Source: Smithellaceae bacterium (lineage in GTDB: Bacteria > Desulfobacterota > Syntrophia > Syntrophales > Smithellaceae). From it: a stretch of DNA of 64,000 nucleotides. How positions within the stretch are numbered: the stretch's first letter is position 1; each line of letters starts with the position of its first letter. The notes under the pieces are model-generated. The model had not been told where the DNA came from, did no database searches, and saw nothing but the letters and a program-made list of their open reading frames with translations. The translations under genes were made by a program, and so were the position numbers. Positions 10,444 to 23,200 of this stretch are shown piece after piece. The DNA lies in NCBI GenBank assembly GCA_028693285.1, contig JAQUVQ010000006.1:8039-72038 (forward strand). Direction: 5' to 3'.

Positions 10444-10878
10444 GTGGTTACCGTAATCCCCGATTATACGCTCCTGGTTCAGATGGCTACGTTCATAGCC
10501 TTGATTTTCATCCTTAATTTTCTTCTTTACAAACCCCTGTTATCCATTCTGGAACGCCGCAAAAAGCAGTTGGACGAGCTGGGCAACGAGATAAAGCTTT
10601 TCAATGATTCCGTGAATAAAAAAGCCGCCGAATACGATGAAAAGTTAAGCAAGGCCAAGACCAGCGCCTCCGACCTGAAAAAAGAAATCATCGGCGAAGG
10701 CGCGGCGGAAGCCAAACGCGTCGTGGACGCCGTTCGCAGTGAAATCCCCCTCATGACCCAGGAGTTTCAAAAGAAGATGGACGCGGAAATGCAGGCTGCC
10801 CGTCAGATCCTGGACGGCCAGTCCCGCAGGCTTTCGCTGGAAATTGCCGAAAAGGTCCTGGGAAGGAGAGTTCAATGA
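10444..10878 (+). CDS. atpF2: F0F1 ATP synthase subunit b' (second b-type stator subunit)
   Basis: GTG start. N-terminal TM (LVQMATFIALIFILNFLLYKPL), then a long charged helix (ERRKKQLDELGNEIK...). Confidence 0.8.
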   Translation: MVTVIPDYTLLVQMATFIALIFILNFLLYKPLLSILERRKKQLDELGNEIKLFNDSVNKKAAEYDEKLSKAKTSASDLKKEIIGEGAAEAKRVVDAVRSEIPLMTQEFQKKMDAEMQAARQILDGQSRRLSLEIAEKVLGRRVQ

Positions 10879-11468
10879 AATCTTCATTTCGTTCCTTTAG
10901 GCTTTCAATCCTTCTTTCGCTGGCTTTCGTATTGCTTTCCGCGGCCCTGGCTTTTGCCTCCGGCGGCGGCGAGGGGGGGCATGGCGGCACGCAGTGGAAA
11001 GACTTTGCCTGGAAAACTCTGAACGCCGCCATGATCATCGGGTTTTTGGTGTATCTGCTGGGCCCGAAAATCAAAGGTTTCTTTGCCGGCCGCCGTCAGG
11101 AAATCAAGGAGTCTCTGGAAAGCGCCACCGCCCAGAAGGCGGAAGCGGAAAAGCAGTACCGGGAGTATGCGGAAAAAATCGACAAGGCGTCCCAGGAGAT
11201 CGACGGCATCTTTGAAATGATCAAGGCGCAGGGCGTGGTCGAAAAAGACAAGATCATCGAGGACGCGCACAAGGTCGCCCAGAAGATGAAGGAAGACGCC
11301 CAGGCGCGCATCGAGCAGGAATTGAAAAAAGCGTCCGGCCAGCTTCGCGCGGAAGCGGTTGCCCTGTCGGTGCGGATGGCGGAAGAAATTCTGAAGAAAA
11401 ATATTACGGCACAGGACCATGAGGCCATGGTCAGGGAATATATGGATAAGGTGGTGAACAAACATTGA
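10875..11468 (+). CDS. atpF: F0F1 ATP synthase subunit b
   Basis: ATGA overlap with the preceding gene. TM segment, then a charged helical stalk (RRQEIKESLESATAQKAEAEKQYREY...). Confidence 0.8.
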   Translation: MKSSFRSFRLSILLSLAFVLLSAALAFASGGGEGGHGGTQWKDFAWKTLNAAMIIGFLVYLLGPKIKGFFAGRRQEIKESLESATAQKAEAEKQYREYAEKIDKASQEIDGIFEMIKAQGVVEKDKIIEDAHKVAQKMKEDAQARIEQELKKASGQLRAEAVALSVRMAEEILKKNITAQDHEAMVREYMDKVVNKH

Positions 11469-12007
11469 TCAGCAATATATCAAAACGATACGCCCGCGCT
11501 TTTTTTGAAATTGCCGGGGAAGAAAAGAAGCTGGAGCAGTATTACAACGAACTGCATCAGTTCTCTTCCGTGATCGCCGCGAACAAGGATCTGGAGGGCT
11601 TCCTGGCCAATCCCATCTTTGAACAGGAAAGCAAGAAGAAAGTGCTGGAAAAAATCATCGGCAAGCTTTCGCTTTCCCCCATGACGATCAATTTCCTGAA
11701 ATTGCTGATAGACAAGAAAAGGATCGACGTCCTTCCGGACATCGAGACCTGCTACCGGCAGTTGATGGACGAAACGCTTCAGAAGGTGAGAGTCACGGTG
11801 AAGACGGCGTTTCCGCTGTCCGGGGAGATGCAGAGCTACATCGCGTCGAGCCTGAAGCAAATGACGGGCAAGTCCGTTGATGTGACGGTGGAAGACGACA
11901 AGAACCTGTTGGGCGGGATCGTGATCGGTGTCGGGGATACGCTGTACGACGGCAGCATCAAAAGCCAATTGAATAATATGAGGAATCTCTTAGGGGAGGC
12001 AAGATAG
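11465..12007 (+). CDS. atpH: F0F1 ATP synthase subunit delta (OSCP)
   Basis: TTG start overlapping the atpF stop. ISKRYARAFFEIA... and ...LGGIVIGVGDTLYDGSIKSQL are typical delta/OSCP sequence. Confidence 0.85.
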   Translation: MISNISKRYARAFFEIAGEEKKLEQYYNELHQFSSVIAANKDLEGFLANPIFEQESKKKVLEKIIGKLSLSPMTINFLKLLIDKKRIDVLPDIETCYRQLMDETLQKVRVTVKTAFPLSGEMQSYIASSLKQMTGKSVDVTVEDDKNLLGGIVIGVGDTLYDGSIKSQLNNMRNLLGEAR

Positions 12008-12010
12008 AAC

Positions 12011-13525
12011 ATGGAAACCATCAAGGCGGAAGAAATCAGTCAAATTATTTCTGAGCAGATCAAAAGCTACGAAAAAAAGCTGGATATAAGCGAAACCGGA
12101 ACCGTCCTGTCCGTCGGTGACGGCATCGCCAGAGTGTACGGCGTGCAGAATGCCATGGCCATGGAGCTTCTGGAGTTCCCCGGCGGCATCCTCGGCATGG
12201 TGCTCAACCTCGAAGCGGACAATGTCGGTGTTGCCGTTCTCGGCGAAGTGACCCACATCAAAGAAGGGGATATCGTCAAAAGAACCGGCAAGATTGCCCA
12301 GGTTCCGGTCGGTGAAGCGCTTTTGGGCCGCGTGATTGACGCGACAGGCGCCCCCCTGGACGGCAAAGGCCCGATTGAAGCCTCGGAGTTCCGCCGCATT
12401 GAAATGGTCGCCCCCGGCGTGATTCAGCGCCAGCCGGTCAATCAGCCGATGTACACGGGCCTCAAGGCTGTCGATGCCATGACCCCGATTGGACGCGGCC
12501 AGCGTGAACTGGTCATCGGCGACCGCCAGATCGGCAAGACGGCCATTTGCGTGGATGCCATCATTCGCCAGAAAGACACCGGCATCAAGTGCATTTATGT
12601 CGCCATCGGCCAGAAAAAATCCACCGTGGCGCAGGTCGTGGAAAGGCTCAAACAGCATGACGCGCTGTCCTACACCTGCGTGGTCGCAGGCTGCGCCTCC
12701 GACCCGGCAACCCTTCAGTACATCGCGGCGTACGCCGGCTGCAGCATCGGCGAATACTTCCGTGACCGCGGCCAGGACGCGCTCATTATTTATGATGACC
12801 TGTCCAAACAGGCCGTGGCCTATCGTCAGATTTCACTGCTTTTGCGCCGTCCGCCCGGACGGGAAGCCTTCCCCGGCGACATTTTCTACAACCACTCGCG
12901 TCTTCTGGAGCGCGCGGCCCGCGTGAGCAAGGAACTGGGCGGCGGATCGCTCACGGCTCTGCCCATCATTGAAACGCAGGCCGGCGACGTGTCGGCCTAC
13001 ATTCCGACCAACGTGATTTCGATTACCGACGGCCAGGTTTATCTGGAGCCCAGTTTGTTCTTCTCCGGCATCCGTCCGGCCATCAACGTCGGTCTGTCCG
13101 TATCCCGCGTCGGCGGCGCGGCCCAGGTGAAGGCGATGAAACAGGTCGCAGGCACCTTGAAGCTCGATCTGGCCCAGTACCGCGAACTGGCGGCCTTTGC
13201 CCAGTTCGGCTCCGATCTGGACAAATCGACGCAGGCCCAGCTCGACCGCGGCGTTCGTCTGGTCGAATTGCTGAAGCAACCCCAGTTCCAGCCGATGTCT
13301 TTAGGCGAGGAAGTGGTGGTTCTGTTTGCCGGAAGCCGCGGCTTCATCGACAAGGTGGACGTGGAAAAGGTTCTGGTCTATGAGCAGCAGCTGCTGAGCT
13401 ACGTAAAGAGCAAACATCAGGATATCCTGAAAGAAATCGATGAAAAGCAGATTATTTCCGCGGACCTGGAAAAGAAAATGAAAGATATGCTGACGGGTTT
13501 CGAATCTGTTTTCGTAGCGGAATAA
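12011..13525 (+). CDS. atpA: F0F1 ATP synthase subunit alpha
   Basis: [10 protein letters not shown] (P-loop), [61 protein letters not shown]. Confidence 0.97.
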   Translation: METIKAEEISQIISEQIKSYEKKLDISETGTVLSVGDGIARVYGVQNAMAMELLEFPGGILGMVLNLEADNVGVAVLGEVTHIKEGDIVKRTGKIAQVPVGEALLGRVIDATGAPLDGKGPIEASEFRRIEMVAPGVIQRQPVNQPMYTGLKAVDAMTPIGRGQRELVIGDRQIGKTAICVDAIIRQKDTGIKCIYVAIGQKKSTVAQVVERLKQHDALSYTCVVAGCASDPATLQYIAAYAGCSIGEYFRDRGQDALIIYDDLSKQAVAYRQISLLLRRPPGREAFPGDIFYNHSRLLERAARVSKELGGGSLTALPIIETQAGDVSAYIPTNVISITDGQVYLEPSLFFSGIRPAINVGLSVSRVGGAAQVKAMKQVAGTLKLDLAQYRELAAFAQFGSDLDKSTQAQLDRGVRLVELLKQPQFQPMSLGEEVVVLFAGSRGFIDKVDVEKVLVYEQQLLSYVKSKHQDILKEIDEKQIISADLEKKMKDMLTGFESVFVAE

Positions 13526-13602
13526 ATTGTAATCCATGCGCGGTCCTCAAAAAGAGGATCTCCATGGAGCGGAAAACCAATTAATGTTGAGAGGAGTTTC
13601 CA

Positions 13603-14481
13603 GTGCCCTCGCTAAAAGATATTAAAAGAAAAGTAACGGCCGTTCAGAAAACGAAGCAGATTACGCGCGCCATGAACATGGTGGCTGCATCCAAGTTTAA
13701 ATCCGCTCAACTGAAAATGGAAAATTTCCGGCCCTATGCCGGAAAATTCATGGATGTTCTCAACAGTCTGGCCCTTCGGGTGGACACCTCCACGCACCCG
13801 CTTCTGGCCGTGCGCGATCCCAGAAGAATCCGGGTGATCTGCATGACGTCCGACCGGGGACTCTGCGGAGGCTTCAATACGAATCTGATCAAGGCAACGG
13901 AACGGTTTATGCGGGACAAGACCCGTGACGGCAAGGAAGTTTCCATGATCAGCGTCGGCCGGAAGGGCAGGGATTTTTTCCGCAAAAAGGCAAACGTCCT
14001 GGCGCAAAAAGTGGACTGTTTAAGCAAGTTTGACATGACCCTCGCGGTGTCGGTCGCGGATGAAGTGATTGATCCCTTTATCAAGGCGGAGTACGATGAA
14101 TTGTATTTGATTTATAATCAGTTCGTGAATGTTTCCGTTCAGAGGCCGACCGTTGTCCGCCTGTTCCCGCTGCCCTCCATCGGCAGCCCGGACGCCGATA
14201 TGGAAACGGATACGCGGCTGGATTATGTTTACGAACCGTCGGACGAGGTGCTCTTGCACAAATTGCTGCCGATGTATGTTCATGTTCTGGTGTATCGGGC
14301 TCTGCTGGAAACGTCCGCCGGCGAAAACGGCGCGCGGATGGCGGCGATGGACAACGCCACCAGCAACTGCGAAGAGCTGATCCACACGCTGACGTTGAAA
14401 ATGAACAAAGCGCGGCAGGCGGCGATTACGGCGGAATTGATGGATATCGTAGGCGGTACGGAAGCTTTGGCGAAAGGTTGA
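13603..14481 (+). CDS. atpG: F0F1 ATP synthase subunit gamma
   Basis: GTG start. LKDIKRKVTAVQKTKQITRAMNMVAASK, DRGLCGGFN, C-terminal ITAELMDIVGG. Confidence 0.93.
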   Translation: MPSLKDIKRKVTAVQKTKQITRAMNMVAASKFKSAQLKMENFRPYAGKFMDVLNSLALRVDTSTHPLLAVRDPRRIRVICMTSDRGLCGGFNTNLIKATERFMRDKTRDGKEVSMISVGRKGRDFFRKKANVLAQKVDCLSKFDMTLAVSVADEVIDPFIKAEYDELYLIYNQFVNVSVQRPTVVRLFPLPSIGSPDADMETDTRLDYVYEPSDEVLLHKLLPMYVHVLVYRALLETSAGENGARMAAMDNATSNCEELIHTLTLKMNKARQAAITAELMDIVGGTEALAKG

Positions 14482-14515
14482 TTTTGCGGCGGCGTTTTGC
14501 GCGTAAAAAATATAA

Positions 14516-15949
<1,434 letters not shown>

Positions 15950-15964
15950 TGAACGGGGATTTCC

Positions 15965-16381
15965 ATGTCGGATGAATTGATTCTAGAAGTGGTAACGCCG
16001 GAGAAGATGGCTTTTTCCGGGAAAGTGGATGAAGTGACGATTCCGGGCACGGAAGGGGAATTCGGCGTTTTAAGAGGCCATGAGCCCTTCCTGACGTCCG
16101 TGGACGTCGGTGAGCTTTATTACATCGCCGACGGCAAGAAAACCTATTACGCCGTCAACACCGGCTACGCGGAGGTGACGGGCAGCAAGGTCACCGTCCT
16201 GATCGAAACGGCGGAAAGAGCCGACGCCGTCGACAAGGACCGGGCTCTCAAGGCAAAAGAAAGAGCGGAAGCCGCTCTGACCCAATTGGCCAAGGAGCAC
16301 AGCGACTACGAAAAAATGCGTCTGGCTCTTCTTCGGGCGGTCAACCGGATCAGTGTTGCGGACAAACTGCCGCAAAACTGA
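15965..16381 (+). CDS. atpC: F0F1 ATP synthase subunit epsilon
   Basis: 138 aa: [35 protein letters not shown] plus a helical C-terminus. Last gene of the operon. Confidence 0.9.
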   Translation: MSDELILEVVTPEKMAFSGKVDEVTIPGTEGEFGVLRGHEPFLTSVDVGELYYIADGKKTYYAVNTGYAEVTGSKVTVLIETAERADAVDKDRALKAKERAEAALTQLAKEHSDYEKMRLALLRAVNRISVADKLPQN

Positions 16382-16398
16382 TCTGTCTCCCTATAGGC

Positions 16399-16436
16399 AA
16401 AAAAGGCAGCTCTCTCGACCGGAGCTGCTTTTTTTA
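16399..16436. terminator. Bidirectional intrinsic terminator between atpC (+) and greA (-)
   Basis: A-run, hairpin GCAGCTC-tctcgaccg-GAGCTGC (16406-16428), T-run 16429-16435. Confidence 0.7.
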
Positions 16437-16452
16437 TTTCCTGGAGGACGGG

Positions 16453-16923
16453 CTATTCGGCCGAAATGTCGATGATCTGAAAATTGCGGGTTCCGCCGGG
16501 GGTGTTGACGGTGATTTCGGCGTCGATGCTTTTTCCGACGAGCGCCCTGCCGATGGGCGAGGTGACGGATATTTTATTCCGGCTGATGTCCGATTCAAAA
16601 GGGCCGACGAGCTGGTATTTGATCTCTTCCCCCTCGCTGTCGGCGATGGTGACGAAGCAGCCGAAAACCACCCGGTCGCCGGTAATGCCTTTCAAGGCGA
16701 TGATGTTGCAGGAAGCCAGATTGTTTTCCAGTTCCTGGAGTTTCCCGTGCAGAAAGGACTGCCTTTCCTTGGCCGCCGCGTATTCCGCGTTTTCCGACAG
16801 ATCGCCGTGCGCCCGGGCAACTTCGATGTCCCGAATGTTTTCCGGAATGAAAACGTTTTTCACCGTTTCCAGTTCCTTCTTTAATTTGTCAAACCCCTCT
16901 TTGGTGATCGGCACTTTGTTCAT
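16453..16923 (-). CDS. greA: Transcription elongation factor GreA
   Basis: Internal start MNKVPITKEGFDKLKKELE.... ARAHGDLSENAEYAAAKE and a C-terminal FKBP-like domain (ISVTSPIGRALVGK). The track ORF's 35-aa N-terminal extension was rejected. Confidence 0.9.
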   Translation of the reverse strand: MNKVPITKEGFDKLKKELETVKNVFIPENIRDIEVARAHGDLSENAEYAAAKERQSFLHGKLQELENNLASCNIIALKGITGDRVVFGCFVTIADSEGEEIKYQLVGPFESDISRNKISVTSPIGRALVGKSIDAEITVNTPGGTRNFQIIDISAE

Positions 16924-17232
16924 GAACGGCTCCGAATGATTTTGCCTTGCGCTGACGCGATCGACGGCTCGACTGCAGGCAGGAAACACATTTGATTTTT
17001 GTTTAGACGAGAAAGAACGCCGTGTCAAGAACTTGTTTCGGATCTTTCGCTGTTGGCGTCGGGGCCGCGCCGGAAAAGCGGTTCGGACTTCGGGCCGTGC
17101 TCCGCGAAGTTTGTCTTGGCGGCGAAAAATTACGCAGCGCGGCGCCGTCCGGGCGAGGCGAAAGTTGTTTTGTGGCGCAGTTTGTGTTATTGAACATCAG
17201 TCAGTAACGTAAAGGAGCCTTGGTGTGACATC

Positions 17233-18225
17233 ATGCTGGACCCATACAACCGGGACATCAATTATCTTCGGATTTCCGTCACCGACCGCTGCAACCTGCG
17301 CTGCACCTATTGCCGTCCCATGGAGGGGATTTCGCTTACCGGCCATGAAGACATCCTCCGCTACGAGGAGATTCTCCGCGTGGTTTCCCGCGCGGTGGCC
17401 CTGGGATTTGTCAAGGTTCGGCTGACCGGCGGCGAGCCGCTGGTCCGGCGCGGTTTTGTCGAATTTGCCGCGGAATTAAAAAAATTAAAAGGCCTCGAAG
17501 ACATCAGCCTGACGACCAACGGCATCCTGCTGGAGAAATACGCGGATGCGATTTTCAAAGCCGGCATTACCCGGATCAACATCAGCCTGGATTCCCTGGA
17601 CAGGGACAAGTACCGCCAGATCACGCGGGGCGGGAACCTGGACGACGTGTTTAACGGGATTGCCGCCGTGGAGAAAGCGGGCTTCTCCCCCATCAAAATC
17701 AACACCGTGATCGTCAAGGGATTCAACGATAATGAAGTGATGGATTTTGCGAGGCTGGCGATGGGCAAACCTTTCCAGATCCGCTTCATAGAAATCATGC
17801 CGGTAAGCTCCGTCAACACCGGCCACGCGGAGGATTTTTTGCCGAACCGCGAGTTGATGGAAACCATCGGCCGTCATTTCCGGCTTGCGCCTCTTGCGGG
17901 AAAGAAGCACAAATCGGACGGTCCGGCCAGAATCTACACGCTGCAGGACGGCCGGGGGGAAATCGGGTTTATCGACCCGGTGAGCGACCATTTCTGCGCG
18001 ACCTGCAACCGCCTGCGCCTGATGGCGGACGGCAAACTGCGCGCCTGCCTGCTCAAGGATGAAGAAGTCGATTTAAAGGCGGCGCTTCGCCGAAAGTGCG
18101 GCGACGGGGAACTGGACGACCTGATTGGACGCGCCGTCCGGCTCAAACCCGAAAAGCACGACCTGGACTGCACGGACAGACACCTGAAAAAATGCCACCG
18201 GGACATGTCGGACATCGGCGGCTGA
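17233..18225 (+). CDS. moaA: GTP 3',8-cyclase MoaA (radical SAM, molybdenum cofactor biosynthesis)
   Basis: YLRISVTDRCNLRCTYC (CxxxCxxC), LTGGEPL, and a C-terminal second cluster motif CATCNRLRLMADGKLRAC. Confidence 0.93.
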   Translation: MLDPYNRDINYLRISVTDRCNLRCTYCRPMEGISLTGHEDILRYEEILRVVSRAVALGFVKVRLTGGEPLVRRGFVEFAAELKKLKGLEDISLTTNGILLEKYADAIFKAGITRINISLDSLDRDKYRQITRGGNLDDVFNGIAAVEKAGFSPIKINTVIVKGFNDNEVMDFARLAMGKPFQIRFIEIMPVSSVNTGHAEDFLPNRELMETIGRHFRLAPLAGKKHKSDGPARIYTLQDGRGEIGFIDPVSDHFCATCNRLRLMADGKLRACLLKDEEVDLKAALRRKCGDGELDDLIGRAVRLKPEKHDLDCTDRHLKKCHRDMSDIGG

Positions 18226-18252
18226 ACTGTTTCAACGAGGGGTGAAGGTTCC

Positions 18253-19035
18253 ATGTTTTTTGATCCGCCAGGCTCCCATACGGCAGAAGACAGGCATCAG
18301 ACCCCGCGGGGACGGTGTCTGGATTCGCGAAAGGAAAAACTGATTCTGGACCTGGTCGCTCCCGCCGCCGGGGAATCCGTCCTGGGCGTGGGGTGCGGGA
18401 ACGGAGACGACCTGCTCCTGTTTGGGCGGAAAAAATGCCTGCTCACGGGAATGGACCCGTCGCAAGCCGCTCTGGACGCGGCCCGAAGCAGGCTTGGCGA
18501 ATCGTGCGAACTGGTTTTGGGGGACGCGGCCGACATTCCTTTTTCGGACAATCAGTTCGACGTGGTCACCCTGACCGGCGGCCTGCAGCGCTTGGCGAAT
18601 CCGCGAAAAGTCCTTGCGGAGGCGGTCCGGGTCAGCCGCAATCGCGTCTTTGTCGGTTTTTTAAACCGGCATTCCCCGGCCGGGACCGGAAAGGCTGCAA
18701 GGAAGCTTTTCGGTTTTCCCGAAGTGTCGGATGTGCGCTTTTTCTCGGTTGGAGAAATGCGGACGCTCATTGGCCAAGCCATGCCCGGCGCCCGGATTCA
18801 GTGGGGGTCCGTGATGTGCCTTCCCGGTCCGGCGTATGACCTTGCGCCGGAACTGGAAGACCTTCTTCCCATAAGGAAAAATCCGCTGGGAGCGTACGTC
18901 GGGATGGTTTTTGCCGTTCACTGCACGTATCGGACCGTCCAGCATCCCGTGATGGATTCTTTTCAACTCAAGGCAAAAGCGCGGGCTGCCGCTCCGGAAG
19001 CCGTTCGGGACATGCTGAGGGGAGGCGGGAGATGA
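18253..19035 (+). CDS. Class I SAM-dependent methyltransferase
   Basis: Motif I VLGVGCGNGDD and post-I/II pattern (DAADIPFSDNQFDVV). 260 aa. Substrate unknown. Confidence 0.75.
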   Translation: MFFDPPGSHTAEDRHQTPRGRCLDSRKEKLILDLVAPAAGESVLGVGCGNGDDLLLFGRKKCLLTGMDPSQAALDAARSRLGESCELVLGDAADIPFSDNQFDVVTLTGGLQRLANPRKVLAEAVRVSRNRVFVGFLNRHSPAGTGKAARKLFGFPEVSDVRFFSVGEMRTLIGQAMPGARIQWGSVMCLPGPAYDLAPELEDLLPIRKNPLGAYVGMVFAVHCTYRTVQHPVMDSFQLKAKARAAAPEAVRDMLRGGGR

Positions 19036-20042
19036 TCCGCGAAGCGATGCTCTACGAGAAACTGCCGGAAGACCGCGTGCAGTGCTCCGTCTGCGCGCAC
19101 CGGTGCAAAATCAATTCCGGCCGGCGCGGCCTGTGCGGCGTGCGCGAAAACCGGGACGGTGTTTTGTATTCCCTTGTTTTCGGGACGCTGATTGCCGAGC
19201 ACGTGGACCCCATTGAAAAAAAGCCCTTTTTCCATGTTTATCCCGGTTCCCGCTCCTATTCCGTGGCTACCGTCGGCTGCAATTTTTCCTGCTCGTTCTG
19301 CCAGAACCACGAAATCTCCCAGATGCCCCGTTCCACGCTCATGATCATGGGGGAAGAAGTGCCGCCCGCGATGATTGTCGAACGGGCGAAAGAAACGGAT
19401 TGCCGGACAATCGCCTATACCTACACAGAGCCGACGGTTTACCTGGAAACCGCACTGGAAATCGCGAAGCTCGCCTGCCGGGAGGGCCTGAAAAACCTGT
19501 TTGTCACCAACGGCTATATGACGCCAGAAACCCTGGATTCGATGTCGCCTTACCTGGCCGCCGCCAATGTGGATTTGAAGTCCTTTCAGGAAGCGTTTTA
19601 TAAACAGCAGTGCGGCGCGATGCTCGCTCCCGTTTTGGACAGCCTCAAAAAAATGAAAGACCTCGGCATCTGGGTGGAGGTCACCACGCTTCTGATTCCC
19701 GGTCTGAACGATTCCGCTGACGAATTAAAGGATATCGCCTTCTTCATCCGGGAACTGGGGCCGGAAACCCCCTGGCACGTCAGCCGGTTCCATCCGCAGT
19801 TCAAAATGCTGTCCACCCCTTCCACCCCCGTTTCTTCCCTGCGTCTCGCCGGTTTGATCGGGAAAGAAGCCGGATTGCTTCATGTTTACACCGGCAACGT
19901 GCCGGGGGATGAAGGGGAAAACACCTTCTGCTCAAACTGCGGCAAAATGTTGATCCGTCGCTATGGCTTTAAAATAATTGATGATTTTTTGTCGGAACAT
20001 CATTGCCCCTCCTGCGGCCGAAAGCTGGAAGGTCTTTTTTAA
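19032..20042 (+). CDS. amrS: AmmeMemoRadiSam-system-type radical SAM enzyme (PFL-activase-like)
   Basis: ATGA overlap with the upstream methyltransferase. N-terminal Cys-rich CSVCAHRCKI..GRRGLCGVR, radical SAM motif GCNFSCSFCQN, and a C-terminal CSNCG...CPSCG zinc-ribbon-like pair. Confidence 0.75.
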   Translation: MIREAMLYEKLPEDRVQCSVCAHRCKINSGRRGLCGVRENRDGVLYSLVFGTLIAEHVDPIEKKPFFHVYPGSRSYSVATVGCNFSCSFCQNHEISQMPRSTLMIMGEEVPPAMIVERAKETDCRTIAYTYTEPTVYLETALEIAKLACREGLKNLFVTNGYMTPETLDSMSPYLAAANVDLKSFQEAFYKQQCGAMLAPVLDSLKKMKDLGIWVEVTTLLIPGLNDSADELKDIAFFIRELGPETPWHVSRFHPQFKMLSTPSTPVSSLRLAGLIGKEAGLLHVYTGNVPGDEGENTFCSNCGKMLIRRYGFKIIDDFLSEHHCPSCGRKLEGLF

Positions 20043-20224
20043 ACCAGCCCCGTGAAAAAACCGCTTTTTCATCCCTCCCATTCGACTCCATTTTCAGGTC
20101 AAAGCACTATATATTGTGGTGTCGTTTTTTCAAAAATACATTTTGTTGTATTTTCACTTTACAAAGGAACGTTCTTTTGTTAGGCTTTTTCAGAATTTAC
20201 AACCATTTCCACTGAAGATGATTT

Positions 20225-23200
20225 ATGAAGCTGAAACGTCTGGAGATAGCAGGTTTCAAATCTTTCCGCGACAAGGTCGTGATTGACTTTTCCCGCGGCG
20301 TCAACGCGGTTGTCGGTCCCAACGGCTGCGGAAAATCGAATGTGGTCGATGCGATACGCTGGGTCATGGGCGAACAGCGGGTCAAGGCGCTGCGCGGCAA
20401 GAAGATGGACGACGTCATCTTCAACGGCAGCGAGGACGCCGCCCCCGTGAGCATGGCGGAAGTCGTGATGACGCTGTCGAGCGACGGATCGTCCTTTCCC
20501 GGCGTTTACGGCGAATTGACGGAAGTGTCCATTTCGCGCAAAAACATTCTGGACGGGGAGAGCGAATACTGCATCAACCGCGTGCCCTGCCGCCTGCTGG
20601 ACGTAAAAGAGTTCTTCATGGGGACGGGCGTGGGGGCCAGGACCTATTCGCTCATCGAGCAGGGAGCCGTGGCCAACCTGGTGGAAGCCAAGCCGGAAGA
20701 CCGCCGCCTCTTCATCGAAGATGCGGCAGGCGTGTCCAAGTATAAAAGCCGCAAGGAAACCGCCGTTCGCAGAATGGAGGCCACCAAGCAGAACATTCTG
20801 CGCCTCAACGACATTCACAAGGAAGTCAAAACCCAGCTCAACGCCATTACCCGCCAGGCCAAAAAAGCGGAACAGTACAAGGCCGTGAAGCAGCGCATGA
20901 AGGAAACCGAGATTGCGCTGTCGAGGCAGGCGTACGCAAAGCTTTCCGGAAAGAACGCCGCGCTGCAGGACGAGCGGGCGCAAATCGCCGGGCAGGCGGA
21001 CGCGGTCGGGGCGAAGATGGAATCCAGGGAATCCGCGCTGCAGGAGATGAAGGCGGCCCTCCTGGAGAAGGATGAGCAGATCGGCCTTCGCCAGACCGAG
21101 CTCTACGAAGTGAAGAATTCCATCAACATCAAGGAAAAAAATGTCGAGTTTTCCCGCCGCCGAATGGCGGAAGCCTCGGAGCGCAAGCAGAAAAATCTGG
21201 CCGAGATTGAAGAGATGGGCCGGAAGAAGGAGAGCCTCGCCGCCGAGATCGGCAATCTGCAAAAGAAATCCGAAGACCTCCTGCGGCAGACGACCCTTTT
21301 GCGGCAGGAACTGGAAGAAGGCGAACGCGAAGTTCAGGGCCTGCTGGAAGCCGACCGGGACATCAACGTCCGGCTGGAGGAGCAAAAAATCCGCTACATC
21401 GACGTGATGCAGGACCTGGCCAAATTCGGAAACGCCGTCGCGGGGCTGAAGAAAGGCATGGAGGATTTCCAGCGGCGTGAAGAGAGGGAAATCCGGGAGA
21501 TCGAACAGGACAAAAGCCGGCTTGCCGATTTGACGCAGAAGATGCAGGAGCTGGCCGGCGGGCTGGCGCAGGAAGAAGAGCAAATCGCGCAAGTCGCCAA
21601 AGAGAAAGAATCGGCCGCCGATGCGCTGGAAAAAGCCAAGTCGGACCTGCAGACCGTCGAGGAGCGCATCCTCGAGGTCAAGGAAGAAGCGGGCGCCAAA
21701 TCATCGCGGCTGCAGTCGCTTGCGGAATTTGAGGCCGCTTTCAAATGGTCCAATGAGGGCGTGAAGAAAGTCATTGAAAAGCAGGACGGCTCCGACGCGT
21801 TTTACGGCGTCGTGGCCGACCACATCGACGTTCCCCGCGAATATGAATCGGCCGTGGAAGCGGTGCTGGGCGACAAACTGCAGTATGTCGTGGTGAAGAA
21901 TCAGGAAGAAGGCGTCCGCGCCATCGATTATCTGAAAAGTTACAAGCTGGGCCGGGGCAGTTTCGTTCCGGTGGAGCTGCGCGGCGGCAACGCCCGGACT
22001 TACGGCACGGAGCATCTTCAGGAAGCGGAGCCCCTTCTGCACAAAGTCGTCGTCCAGGAGGAATTCAAAAAGATCGCCGAGGGCCTGCTGGGCGATGTTC
22101 TCCTGACGCCTTCCATTGAAACCGGCATCAATCTCTGGAAGAAAAACGGCTTCCGGGGGACCTTCGTGACCCCCGAGGGAGACACCATCAGCCCCAACGG
22201 CGTTCTGACCGGCGGCAGCGGATCGGCGGTGGAAAAAAGCCTGCTGGCCACCAAGCGGGAGATCGTGGAGCTGGAGCGTGAAGTCAAAAAGCTTTCCGGC
22301 GAGCTCGACGACCTCATGCGGGAAAAGAAAGAGCTGACGGCGTCGATTGCCCGGTGGGACGAAGAGCTTGCCCGGCTGAAAAACAGCGAACACCAACTGG
22401 AAATGAACGCCCACAGCCGGAAGAAGGACCTGGAGCGCTTCGGCGACGAAACGGAAAGGCTCAAGCAGAGAATCGCCGTCCTGGAATTCAACCGCCGGAA
22501 CATCAAGACGGAAGAGGCCGAGGCCCGGCAGAAGCTGCAGGAGCTCGAGGCGGAAATCCTGGTGAAGGAAGCGGCGGAAAAGGAACTCAACGAAATCATC
22601 TCCGGCTTCAACAGCCGCCGCCAGCAGTCGCGCGCGGCCATTGACGCCCAGGAAAAGCGGATCACGGAGAAAAAAGTTCTGCTGGCCGCGCTGGCGGAAA
22701 AGAAGGAAGCGGATTTGCGGACGATCGCGCGGGTGCAGAATGATCTCGCCGCAAGCGAAAGCGAAGCTGCGCGAAAGCGGGAGGACATCGAGGCCTGCGA
22801 ACAGCAGATGGCAGGTCTTGCCGCCGCCGTCGAGGCGGACACGGAGGCGCTCAAGACCCTTTACGAAAGACTGGCGTCCTGTGAATCGGTTCTGAGCGAA
22901 CTGAGGGAAAGGCGGGCCGGGGACGATGAGCGGCTCAAAGTTCAGGAAAATGAAATCCGCGACATCAAGAGAAACATGGACGAGCTGCACCGGCAGCAAA
23001 GCGAGCTGGAAATGCAGTGCCGCGAGGGAGTGCTGAACCTTGAGAACCTGCAAAACGCGGTCGCGGAAAAGCACCAGGCCGATCTCGCCTCTCTCATGGC
23101 GGATTTTGAGATGATGGAGGATGAAAAAATCACCGAAATCGGCGCCCTGCTGGAAAAAGACAAGCAGACCATCGAAAATTTCGGCGAAGTGAACCTCCTG

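Noticed and set aside
10272-10517. 81-aa ORF in the atp leader, considered as a possible AtpI/AtpZ
   Set aside because: It is not hydrophobic, whereas AtpI/Z are small membrane proteins. It has no RBS and it overlaps the start of the b' gene out of frame.
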